A DNA stretch of 43,697 nucleotides from a virus. Under the pieces are notes generated by a model. It saw nothing but the letters and a program-made list of their open reading frames with translations. It was not told the DNA's origin and did no database searches. How positions within the stretch are numbered: position 1 is the stretch's first letter; each line of letters begins with the position of its first letter. The DNA lies in IMG/VR virus record IMGVR_UViG_3300012961_000002, positions 1 to 43,697 of that record, one strand, 5' to 3'. Both the position numbers and the translations under genes were made by a program. Shown here piece by piece: positions 9,621 through 16,537 of the stretch.

Positions 9621-9662
9621 AAGCCCCCGGGCCTTTCCCTTTTGGGATTGGTCCGGGGGCTT
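9621..9662. terminator. bidirectional hairpin terminator at the convergence of the two transcription units
   Basis: aagcccccgg (9621-9630) pairs with ccgggggctt (9653-9662). T-rich on the plus side and A-rich upstream. Confidence 0.7.
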
Positions 9663-9770
9663 TCTCCTATTACAGGGCCCAGGTGCCGTCTGCGCGGGCC
9701 CGAGCTATGCTCCGTTCGATTGCGGAACGAATCTCCAGGAACACAGGGTCGGGCTTGCGCACCGGCTTCC

Positions 9771-10271
9771 TCAGAAAGGGCTCTTCGAGTCCTCGACCGT
9801 CTTGGCGTAGAACTGGGTCACAGCAGCAGCGATGACCTTGGCGAGTTCGTACCGCTCGGCCATCGGCAAATCCTTGACGTACTCGCTCTGGATGTACCCA
9901 CCGGTACGAACCTTCAGGACGACCTTACGGTTTGCGTCGAGGACGTTCGAACCATCCGAGGTCCACGGGGTGGGGAACTTGGGCTCCTGGACCGGCTCGG
10001 GCTTCGGGCCAACCAGGTTCTTGACGTACGACATTTCTTCGATTCCTTCCAGATTGTCGGTAAAGAATCCGTAAGGGCCGAGGGGGCTACTCACGGTGTC
10101 GAGCTTGACATAGGTCATGCGGGTGTTGTATCGGCTATTGGCCCATCCGGACTTCCCTGCCGGGGCCCGGACCACGGTACCCTCTCGCCCTACATAGTAC
10201 GCGGTACTGGTATTTCGCACACGGACCCGGGTCCCCGGAGCTACCCAGTCATTAGACTTGTATCTTGCCAT
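9771..10271 (-). CDS. hypothetical protein (166 aa)
   Basis: ORF track entry. ATG is confirmed at 10269-10271. Last gene of the leftward unit. Confidence 0.6.
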   Translation of the reverse strand: MARYKSNDWVAPGTRVRVRNTSTAYYVGREGTVVRAPAGKSGWANSRYNTRMTYVKLDTVSSPLGPYGFFTDNLEGIEEMSYVKNLVGPKPEPVQEPKFPTPWTSDGSNVLDANRKVVLKVRTGGYIQSEYVKDLPMAERYELAKVIAAAVTQFYAKTVEDSKSPF

Positions 10272-10314
10272 ATCTTCCTTCCTGGGTGGGAGGCCCCCGA
10301 AGGGGCCGTCCCGG

Positions 10315-10491
10315 CTACTTCCAGCTATCGAACTTGTTGACGTGGTTCTTGTTCCACTTGTTCTGAACCTCGTCCCGGGTCTTCCCGGTCCCGATCCAGC
10401 CCCCGCACGAACACTTCCCCGTCATGGAACCGTCCCTGCCAGGCTTCCCGATCTTCAACTTGTGGCCCTTGAAGCTGGGCATTTGCGCCAT
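10315..10491 (-). CDS. small basic protein (58 aa; below the ORF-track cutoff)
   Basis: Hand translation MAQMPSFKGHKLKIGKPGRDGSMTGKCSCGGWIGTGKTRDEVQNKWNKNHVNKFDSWK. AGGAGA lies 5 nt upstream of the ATG, and third-codon-position GC (GC3) is high. Confidence 0.5.
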   Translation of the reverse strand: MAQMPSFKGHKLKIGKPGRDGSMTGKCSCGGWIGTGKTRDEVQNKWNKNHVNKFDSWK

Positions 10492-10501
10492 GTGATCTCC
10501 T

Positions 10502-10669
10502 CTACTTCTTCGGGGGTGCGAAGACGAATCCCCTGCCCTTACACCACGGGCACTTGATCGACTTCCGCCCGGTTCCCTCGACCATCTTCCCGGTCAGCTT
10601 ACCCTTGCCGTTGCAGGTCTTGCACTTCTTCATGACCCGCTCGAACTTCCCGAACCATCGACCCGCCAT
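10502..10669 (-). CDS. DnaJ-type zinc-finger miniprotein (55 aa)
   Basis: Two CxxCxGxG repeats (CKTCNGKG, CPWCKGRG). ATG 10669 follows GAGAGGAG. Confidence 0.6.
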   Translation of the reverse strand: MAGRWFGKFERVMKKCKTCNGKGKLTGKMVEGTGRKSIKCPWCKGRGFVFAPPKK

Positions 10670-10690
10670 CTCGGCTCCTCTCTGAGTGTG

Positions 10691-10720
10691 CCTAGAGCCT
10701 AGCACGAACCAGGCTCTAGG
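10691..10720 (-). promoter_or_regulatory. intergenic hairpin (10-bp perfect stem) overlapping a promoter-like TTGCGC-N18-TAGGCT
   Basis: cctagagcct / aggctctagg separated by a 10-nt loop. Confidence 0.35.
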
Positions 10721-10728
10721 CGCAACTC

Positions 10729-10914
10729 CTACTTGCCCATCCGGCGGATCGAGATCAGGTTCCCCGACGTGCGAGTCTTGATCTCGTTCATGGCAGCCGA
10801 ACGCTCGGTGCTGGTCGCGAACCACTTCGTGGTCCGTACCACACCACCGGCCAGGCGTACCGAGTACTTGAGACCATACTCGTGATCTTTGTCCCGCTTG
10901 CTCACTCCGGCCAT
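10729..10914 (-). CDS. small protein, member of a 3-copy paralog family (61 aa)
   Basis: ATG 10914 follows GGAAGGAAG. Motif EYGLKYSV...W...ER resembles those in 11811..11972 and 12769..12942. Confidence 0.55.
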   Translation of the reverse strand: MAGVSKRDKDHEYGLKYSVRLAGGVVRTTKWFATSTERSAAMNEIKTRTSGNLISIRRMGK

Positions 10915-10915
10915 G

Positions 10916-11113
10916 TTACTTCCTTCCGGCTCGTCGTCCACAGACAGGGCACTGGGCAGACTTTCTGCCCCGGGGGATTTTGAACATCACCACGTCTCGG
11001 TGATCGAAGCTCAGGCACCCCACCTCTACTTCGGTGGGGTACTTCTCCCACGCGGCGCGGGGATTGGGAACCTTCTTGCGAGGGTCTTTACCCCCCGTGA
11101 TCCGAGTGCCCAT
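10916..11113 (-). CDS. small basic protein with C-terminal CPVC (65 aa)
   Basis: ATG 11113 overlaps the upstream stop as ATGA. Confidence 0.5.
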   Translation of the reverse strand: MGTRITGGKDPRKKVPNPRAAWEKYPTEVEVGCLSFDHRDVVMFKIPRGRKSAQCPVCGRRAGRK

Positions 11114-11250
11114 CACTTGCGCCGCTTCAGCTCGGCCCTGACAGCCTGGATCTTGGCCATCGTGACACGGGTAGGCTGACGTCGGTTCTGGATCTCCAAG
11201 CCCCGGAGCAAACTCCGGAGGTTCTCGGTGGGCAGATCCTGGATCGTCAT
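11113..11250 (-). CDS. small protein (45 aa; below the ORF-track cutoff)
   Basis: Hand translation MTIQDLPTENLRSLLRGLEIQNRRQPTRVTMAKIQAVRAELKRRK. GGAGAGGAG lies upstream. Confidence 0.45.
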   Translation of the reverse strand: MTIQDLPTENLRSLLRGLEIQNRRQPTRVTMAKIQAVRAELKRRK

Positions 11251-11284
11251 TCTGGCTCCTCTCCTCGTTGGTAGAACCAGGATA

Positions 11285-11306
11285 GCACGGGCCCGAAGGC
11301 CCGCGC
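11285..11306 (-). terminator. GC-rich hairpin with UUCG tetraloop (minus-strand RNA)
   Basis: gcgcgggcc-ttcg-ggcccgtgc on the minus strand, directly after the stop of 11315..11644. Confidence 0.4.
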
Positions 11307-11314
11307 AACCCCTG

Positions 11315-11644
11315 CTATTCGTCCCATCGGGTGGTGTTCTTGTTCCTACCGGCTTGATCGTACAGCTCGAACTCGGAGCCGCTGATCTGCTTCATGTGCT
11401 TCCGGCAGGTGTACGGGCCCTTGCACTTGCCCCCGGTACAACGACCATCCCTCTTGTCTTGGATCTTTGATCCGACCTTGGTCTTTGCCGCCTTCGGAAC
11501 CTGGCGCTGGATCAACTTCGCGGTGCCAGGCTTGCGCTTGTTGATCCGCTTCACGTCCGCCTCAGCCTGGGCCTTGGAGCCTCGCCAAACTTCCCGCCCC
11601 CCGGTCCGGTATCCCCATTCCGTTTCCTTGCCGCCGCCGAACAT
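11315..11644 (-). CDS. basic protein (109 aa)
   Basis: Internal ATG 11644 follows AAGGTGGGGA and overlaps the upstream stop as ATGA. Confidence 0.55.
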   Translation of the reverse strand: MFGGGKETEWGYRTGGREVWRGSKAQAEADVKRINKRKPGTAKLIQRQVPKAAKTKVGSKIQDKRDGRCTGGKCKGPYTCRKHMKQISGSEFELYDQAGRNKNTTRWDE

Positions 11645-11811
11645 CAGATCCCCACCTTCTTGATGTACTTGTACTTCGTACCAACCTTCTTTTTCTCCGC
11701 CTGGTACACCCGTTCCTGGACCTCGGCGTTGATGCACTTGATCAGCACGCTGCCGCCCCCGATCAGGAAGCAGCGAACTCCGTGCGTGGGTTTGTTCTTG
11801 AAACGCACCAT
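11644..11811 (-). CDS. small basic protein (55 aa)
   Basis: ATG 11811 follows GAGGGTGGG, with ATGA overlaps at both ends. Confidence 0.5.
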   Translation of the reverse strand: MVRFKNKPTHGVRCFLIGGGSVLIKCINAEVQERVYQAEKKKVGTKYKYIKKVGI

Positions 11812-11972
11812 CACCGGCCCACCCTCTTCGCAGTCTTGACCTTGGGATCGCGGTTCAGTTCCGTGTGTAGGCGGTCCCGCTCGAACTCGTTTCTCCGCCA
11901 GAACGTAGCCACGGCACCGTTCACGTACTTGACCTTGACCCCGTACCGGGGCTTGTCCACGCTTGCCACCAT
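11811..11972 (-). CDS. small protein, paralog family member (53 aa; below the ORF-track cutoff)
   Basis: Hand translation MVASVDKPRYGVKVKYVNGAVATFWRRNEFERDRLHTELNRDPKVKTAKRVGR. AAGGGGG lies upstream. Confidence 0.5.
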   Translation of the reverse strand: MVASVDKPRYGVKVKYVNGAVATFWRRNEFERDRLHTELNRDPKVKTAKRVGR

Positions 11973-11978
11973 TCCCCC

Positions 11979-12155
11979 TTACCAGCGTTGCATTTTGGCT
12001 TTGATACCTTTGTCCCGGAGTTGGCGCCAAAGCGCCTGGGCCTGGCCCTTAGTTGGCCTGCGGGCCGACCGAGTCTTGCCCTCGTAATCCGTCCAAGTGA
12101 TGATGTACTGGCCGCCGTTCCGCTCTGGATCCTTGCTATTCGGGGTCTTAGCCAT
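11979..12155 (-). CDS. small basic protein (58 aa)
   Basis: ATG 12155 lies 5 nt after GGGAGG. Confidence 0.55.
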   Translation of the reverse strand: MAKTPNSKDPERNGGQYIITWTDYEGKTRSARRPTKGQAQALWRQLRDKGIKAKMQRW

Positions 12156-12175
12156 TCTCACCTCCCAGTATCTAG

Positions 12176-12204
12176 AGACTACACCCCGAGCCAGAGGCGG
12201 TAAA
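12176..12204 (-). promoter_or_regulatory. sigma-70-like promoter candidate TTTACC-N17-TAGTCT
   Basis: The -35 element is at 12199-12204 and the -10 at 12176-12181 (minus strand). The -35 is preceded by CAGGGG, as in the other copies. Confidence 0.4.
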
Positions 12205-12224
12205 CCCCTGACCCGGGGGGAGTT

Positions 12225-12368
12225 TCATCGGCCCTTGCGAACCTCGGCCCACGTGGTCGGGTCCGACTTCTTGAGCTTGTTCAGGAACGTGAGGGCCTCA
12301 CCAGCGCTCTTGCAAGCGTGGAGCTTGCGGAGGGCGTCTGCGGTCTTCTGTGCCTGAGTCTTTGCCAT
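12225..12368 (-). CDS. small protein (47 aa; below the ORF-track cutoff)
   Basis: Hand translation MAKTQAQKTADALRKLHACKSAGEALTFLNKLKKSDPTTWAEVRKGR. GGAGAGAGGA lies upstream. Confidence 0.45.
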   Translation of the reverse strand: MAKTQAQKTADALRKLHACKSAGEALTFLNKLKKSDPTTWAEVRKGR

Positions 12369-12405
12369 CTCGGTTCCTCTCTCCGCTGCTGATACAAGAA
12401 GATTA

Positions 12406-12439
12406 CCGGATGGGGCCCGGGATCGGTACCCCCATCCGG
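12406..12439 (-). terminator. hairpin terminator candidate
   Basis: ccggatgggg / ccccatccgg form a 10-bp perfect stem, followed on the minus strand by TAATCTTCTTGTAT. Confidence 0.45.
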
Positions 12440-12446
12440 GTGAACC

Positions 12447-12629
12447 TCAGTTCTTGACGATCGATTCGATCTCGATACGGTCCGCTTTCTCCGCGTTACC
12501 CCACACACGGACGGCAATGATCTTGGGGATGTCAGCAACGGTGGAATAACCCGGGATCACGGAGGTCTGGCACTGGTATCGCTGGGGCAGTTCGTCCAGG
12601 GTGTAAACGACCGTGTAGATCTTGTTCAT
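12447..12629 (-). CDS. hypothetical protein (60 aa)
   Basis: ORF track entry. The ATG follows GGAGGA. Confidence 0.6.
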   Translation of the reverse strand: MNKIYTVVYTLDELPQRYQCQTSVIPGYSTVADIPKIIAVRVWGNAEKADRIEIESIVKN

Positions 12630-12665
12630 TTCGTCCTCCGGGGCTTGTCCCTTGTTGATATAAGA

Positions 12666-12694
12666 AGACTATCCTGGGGGCATGCCAAAGTCAA
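12666..12694 (-). promoter_or_regulatory. sigma-70-like promoter candidate TTGACT-N17-TAGTCT
   Basis: The -35 element is at 12689-12694 and the -10 at 12666-12671 (minus strand). The -35 lies in the 3' arm of the 12-bp inverted repeat 12689-12700 / 12724-12735. Confidence 0.5.
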
Positions 12695-12735
12695 CCCCTG
12701 AGCCTGTGACTCACGCCACTTGACAGGGGTTGACT
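12689..12735 (-). terminator. 12-bp inverted repeat (terminator/operator candidate) overlapping the promoter -35
   Basis: agtcaacccctg ... caggggttgact with a 23-nt loop, 33 nt after the stop of 12769..12942. Confidence 0.4.
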
Positions 12736-12768
12736 AGGCACGGTAACTTAGTTCACGGTGGGAGAGGC

Positions 12769-12942
12769 TTATTCCTGGATGTCCTGCACCACAAGCACAT
12801 CGTGACGGCTGTGATACTGGTTGTGCCTCCGGTCCCGCAGGTCACGGTTCTGGCCGTACCAGAACTTACGCCATTTCCCGTCCGTGAATTTGACGTTGAT
12901 GCCGAACTTCGTAGCCCCACGCTTGGGACCGAACGTTCTCAC
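12769..12942 (-). CDS. small protein, paralog family member (57 aa)
   Basis: GTG 12942 overlaps the upstream stop as GTGA. Motif KFGINVKFTDGKWRKFW...RDLRDR. Confidence 0.55.
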   Translation of the reverse strand: MRTFGPKRGATKFGINVKFTDGKWRKFWYGQNRDLRDRRHNQYHSRHDVLVVQDIQE

Positions 12943-13394
12943 TTGGGGTCGACCTCCGCCCAGCACGCCGCATACCCGGCCAGATCGACCTTGTTGTCTT
13001 CGTTCGGGGCGTTCATTTCCCGGGCCATCTTGACCAGGATCATGAGCGCGGCCGTGTCACCGGGACCCAGCTTCACGTCCTCCCTGAGCTTGTCCTGAAG
13101 CCAGACGTTCCAGTAGTCCGCGATGCGCTGGAAGTTGTCTTCCGGCTCCCCGTACGAGGTGTTCCGGTCCGTGGACGTGATCCGCTTGGCCTCGTCCAGG
13201 ACCCGGGCTCGAACCGTGGCGGCGCGGATCAGGCGGAGGTTGTGAACCAGGGGTGTGGTGTACGAGGCCTCTCCCGTGTCCCAGTCCACATTCACCTGCG
13301 CATCGCCCAGAAGGCCCGTGACAACCCCTTTCCGCCCAATGGCGCGTGTGTCCCCGATGTACACAACCCGGTCACCGATCTTGAATTTGTTCAT
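12939..13394 (-). CDS. hypothetical protein (151 aa)
   Basis: ATG 13394 overlaps the upstream stop as ATGA. An N-terminal KOW/SH3-like segment (KIGDRVVY) is followed by a C-terminal segment YGEPEDNFQRIADYWNVWL. I recall similar segments in phage proteins but cannot name the family with confidence. Confidence 0.55.
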   Translation of the reverse strand: MNKFKIGDRVVYIGDTRAIGRKGVVTGLLGDAQVNVDWDTGEASYTTPLVHNLRLIRAATVRARVLDEAKRITSTDRNTSYGEPEDNFQRIADYWNVWLQDKLREDVKLGPGDTAALMILVKMAREMNAPNEDNKVDLAGYAACWAEVDPK

Positions 13395-13573
13395 TCCCTG
13401 TCCTCTCCGTAGACTGCCCACCAGGCGAAGTCTCGCACTTCGGCGGGTCCCATCACAGTGTATCCAGTCCAGGCCTGTCGGTCAACATCCCAGGTTCGAA
13501 CCGTGATATGGCCGTCAACGGCGGACCGGGTGAACTTGACCCGGTTCCCGCCATCGACGTATTCTCGGTGCAT
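13391..13573 (-). CDS. hypothetical protein (60 aa)
   Basis: Internal ATG 13573 lies just after the upstream stop. Confidence 0.5.
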   Translation of the reverse strand: MHREYVDGGNRVKFTRSAVDGHITVRTWDVDRQAWTGYTVMGPAEVRDFAWWAVYGEDRE

Positions 13574-13575
13574 GC

Positions 13576-13776
13576 TCACTTGGTGCGATCCAGGATGAAC
13601 AAGGCCAACTCTCGGGCTTCCGTGTCCGAGAGTTCGACCGGGTCCCCGTGCCTCTCGCCCTTGCGCCGGGTCTCGAACACGATGCCCGGAACCACAGGCC
13701 ACCCGCTCACGACGAGGGTGTCTCCGTCCCCGTCCGTGTATTCACGACGGAATTGCTTGGCCATCGTCGACATCAT
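13576..13776 (-). CDS. hypothetical protein (66 aa)
   Basis: ATG 13776 overlaps the polymerase stop as ATGA. Confidence 0.55.
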   Translation of the reverse strand: MMSTMAKQFRREYTDGDGDTLVVSGWPVVPGIVFETRRKGERHGDPVELSDTEARELALFILDRTK

Positions 13777-15584
13777 ACCTCCGCTCCGTAGAGTGAGCCC
13801 CAGGACCGGGCACCCACTTCTGCATCTGTGCCGATGAACACGGGGCCCATCGTCTCTGACATCAGCTCCGCGATCCTAGCACCTCCCCACTCAGCCTGTC
13901 CAGCCGGGAGACTGCTCAGGGTCTCGTCATGGATCGGGAGCCGCATGTACGGGGTGAACCCCGCCTTGTGCAACTTCACGATACCACGGGCCGTGACGTC
14001 GCGTCCAGTGCCCTGGATCTTGTAGTTCATAGCCGCGTACGCGCGGTCGCGGTCCACGTACATCACGCGGCCCGAAGGCGTAACGATGTACCCGTTCTCC
14101 CGGGCTTCGCGTGCGAGCTGATCCGAGAGCTTCTTGACGCCCGGGTACCTGAGGTCGAACGCCTCAACCACACGCTTAGCTTCCCGGAAACTCAGGCCGG
14201 TCTGCTCGGACACAGTCTTAGCTCCGCCGCCGTACACCCGGCCGAAGTTCACGACCTTGGCGTACTTGCGCTGAGGGTCCAACGCTGTGACCCAGTCCCC
14301 CCAGGCTGCCTGCGCAGTCATGAGGTGGAGGTCGGCCCCGTCCCTAAACGCCTGGATCATGGTTGCATCGCCACTGAGAGCGGCCAAGATCCGAAGCTCC
14401 TGGGCCTGGTAGTCCACGGACACGATCCGGTGCCCTGGGTCGGCGATGAAGCACCGGCGGATCATCCAGTCGCCCGAGGGCAGCGTCTGAGCCGGAATCC
14501 CCGTGATGGACATGCGGGCCGTCCTGGCCCTCAGAGGGTTGATAGAGGCATGGCACCGGCCATTGGCATCCATCCCGTCCAGGAACGACTCAACCCACGT
14601 GGTGCGCCATTTGCGCGCCTTCTTGGCCTCGATGATAAGGCGCGCCAGTTCGGCTTCAATTCCGGTTCCCTTGAGCTGTTCTTCAAGGAAGTGTTTATCG
14701 ACTTGGCGCTTACCACTAGGGGTTCGGCCCTTGATCCTAACGCCTAGAGCCTCGAATGCGTCGGCAACTTGATCCGTGCTGTTGACGTTTTCCAGCCCGT
14801 ACCCGGACACATGAGCTAGCGCCTGTTCCTCGCGTTCGATCAGCTCGCCACGAAGATTGAGCGTGTACTCCTCGTCCAGGAGGAAGCCCCCGCGTTCGTA
14901 ATACGAGAGGATCTCGGCTAGCTCATGCTCGAACGAGACCAGCGGGCGTGATACGACCGGCACCCGCGGTTCCAGGGCCTCCATGCCTCGGACGTTCAGG
15001 ATCGGGTCCATGCCCGCGTACAGGTTATACCCGTGGTGATCCAGGGGCACGGCCTTCCAGACCTTAGCCTTGGTCGTCTTCAGGGACTTGGCGATCTCGA
15101 CCATCGAACCCTTGACCCGGTCCGCGATCTCCGAGTCGATGTACGCGCGCGTGATGTCTTCCAACGACGTGCCCGTGCCACCCTCTTCCCTGCCCCTGGA
15201 GTCCACCAGGTGCGCATAGATCTTCAAGTCCTTAACCTTGGGCCAGAGCTCTTCCATCGGCACGCCAAGGCAGCGCTGGACTACCTGAAGGTCGAACGCT
15301 GCGTTCTGGATGATCAATACTCGGAGCGCCTTCAAGGCGCGGATGACCTCGAACGCCCCGAACAGCTCGACCGGGATCACGTACGCGGTGTCCCGGGTCC
15401 CGAATTGGGCAAGCCGGAGCTTGTAGTCCACGGAGTAGATGTCCAGGCCTGTGGTCTCGGTGTCGAACGCTAGCCCGCGCAGGTTAGCGCGGATGAAGTC
15501 CCGAAACGCCTCAAGGTCTTCGGGCCGTTCCACAACCCAGATCTTGACTGGCTCTCCGGCTACCCGCTCTTCGATCAGCTTCAT
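13773..15584 (-). CDS. DNA polymerase I (family A, with 3'-5' exonuclease domain)
   Basis: Exonuclease motif AFDTETTGL. Polymerase motif B RKYAKVVNFGRVYGGG and motif C LPIHDE. Confidence 0.9.
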   Translation of the reverse strand: MKLIEERVAGEPVKIWVVERPEDLEAFRDFIRANLRGLAFDTETTGLDIYSVDYKLRLAQFGTRDTAYVIPVELFGAFEVIRALKALRVLIIQNAAFDLQVVQRCLGVPMEELWPKVKDLKIYAHLVDSRGREEGGTGTSLEDITRAYIDSEIADRVKGSMVEIAKSLKTTKAKVWKAVPLDHHGYNLYAGMDPILNVRGMEALEPRVPVVSRPLVSFEHELAEILSYYERGGFLLDEEYTLNLRGELIEREEQALAHVSGYGLENVNSTDQVADAFEALGVRIKGRTPSGKRQVDKHFLEEQLKGTGIEAELARLIIEAKKARKWRTTWVESFLDGMDANGRCHASINPLRARTARMSITGIPAQTLPSGDWMIRRCFIADPGHRIVSVDYQAQELRILAALSGDATMIQAFRDGADLHLMTAQAAWGDWVTALDPQRKYAKVVNFGRVYGGGAKTVSEQTGLSFREAKRVVEAFDLRYPGVKKLSDQLAREARENGYIVTPSGRVMYVDRDRAYAAMNYKIQGTGRDVTARGIVKLHKAGFTPYMRLPIHDETLSSLPAGQAEWGGARIAELMSETMGPVFIGTDAEVGARSWGSLYGAEV

Positions 15585-15739
15585 CAGTCATCACCCAGAT
15601 CATCCGCAGCCTCAAAGATCCGGTTAGCCCAGCGTGTGAACTGGTCACGTCGCTCTGGCTTTCGAGTGCGCCGTGATTCTAGCGCGATATCCTGGGCCAA
15701 TTCGCGAAGCTCATCCACAACCCGCTGTGTCATGCTCAT
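15584..15739 (-). CDS. small protein (51 aa; below the ORF-track cutoff)
   Basis: Hand translation MSMTQRVVDELRELAQDIALESRRTRKPERRDQFTRWANRIFEAADDLGDD. GGAGGAACC lies before the ATG, and the stop overlaps the polymerase ATG. Confidence 0.5.
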   Translation of the reverse strand: MSMTQRVVDELRELAQDIALESRRTRKPERRDQFTRWANRIFEAADDLGDD

Positions 15740-15757
15740 GGTTCCTCCAGGGGGAAG

Positions 15758-15789
15758 GGCCCCGGACCCTCGTGTGAGAGCCCGGGGCC
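15758..15789 (-). terminator. hairpin (attenuator candidate) after the SSB gene
   Basis: ggccccgg (15758-15765) pairs with ccggggcc (15782-15789). Confidence 0.35.
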
Positions 15790-15795
15790 TGTGGA

Positions 15796-16266
15796 TCAGA
15801 ACGGAGGAGCGTCGTCGCCCGCGGGCTCCGCGTTGAACGACTTCTCCTGAGCCGGAGGCGCGGTTCGAGCGCCGACCTTCTCGGCCGGAACCGAGTACGA
15901 GGTACGTGCGCCCGGCTGGGTCTCCTCGGTCCGGGCCTCACGAATGATGCCCTCGACGTACCCCTTCGGGTTCTTGGCCCCGCGGCGGTGGTACACCCAC
16001 GTGCCCGGTTCCGGCTTGAGCCTGAGGATCCCGTTTCGGAACACCGCCGTGGTGTACTTGAACTCGTACGTCTGGCCATCGGTGCCCGTGTACATCAGCC
16101 GGGGAATGTCGTGGAGATCCGCAGGCTGCTGCGGAAGCGTGCCCTTCGGAATCGTGATCAGCTCCACGGATTCCACCCTGCCGACGAACTCGTCACCCTC
16201 GTTCGAGAGCGAGACGAAATTGAACTCGGGGCCTTCCGGCTCCGGAGCGTTATCCCATGCACCCAT
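15796..16266 (-). CDS. single-stranded DNA-binding protein (putative)
   Basis: Acidic C-terminal tip AGDDAPPF resembles the SSB DDDIPF tail, preceded by a Pro/Ala-rich linker. Lies in the replication module. Confidence 0.55.
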   Translation of the reverse strand: MGAWDNAPEPEGPEFNFVSLSNEGDEFVGRVESVELITIPKGTLPQQPADLHDIPRLMYTGTDGQTYEFKYTTAVFRNGILRLKPEPGTWVYHRRGAKNPKGYVEGIIREARTEETQPGARTSYSVPAEKVGARTAPPAQEKSFNAEPAGDDAPPF

Positions 16267-16279
16267 GTTCTACCTCTTT

Positions 16280-16537
16280 CTACTTGACGATTGTCCACTC
16301 GGGCGCTTCCGCGCCCTTGCCCGGCGGGTTGTGGAACTCGTACGCACCCTCAGCCTTGGTGCACGAATCCCCGTTGTACGGGCCTGGGCACGCCCACGCG
16401 TACCAGAGGTTCCCGTTGTCGCTCACCTTGGACCGGAACACCTTGGTCCCGTGTCGGCAGACCGGAGCCGGTTGCGGGAACCAGTCCGGGGGTTCGGTTG
16501 CGCCCTGGGGTCGACCCGCAGGGCTTACGCTTTTCCC
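16280..16537 (-). CDS. -1 frame extension of 16525..16791 (predicted transframe product about 170 aa); alternatively an independent 49-52 aa GTG-initiated ORF
   Basis: The -1 frame is open for 83 codons from the slippery site to TAG 16280-16282. It has no ATG and only two GTGs with weak SD. It ends 14 nt before the SSB start. Confidence 0.45.
   Translation of the reverse strand, partial: GKSVSPAGRPQGATEPPDWFPQPAPVCRHGTKVFRSKVSDNGNLWYAWACPGPYNGDSCTKAEGAYEFHNPPGKGAEAPEWTIVK
16502..16524 (-). promoter_or_regulatory. candidate frameshift-stimulating hairpin
   Basis: The minus strand reads GCCCTG-C-GGG-TCGA-CCC-CAGGGC and starts 6 nt after the slippery heptamer. Confidence 0.45.

Noticed and set aside
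16425-16527. Stop-codon read-through of TAA 16525-16527 as an alternative to the -1 frameshift.
   Set aside because: The zero frame after TAA gives an Arg-rich peptide (ALRVDPRAQPNPRTGSRNRLRS...) and stops after about 33 codons. It does not join the downstream open frame.
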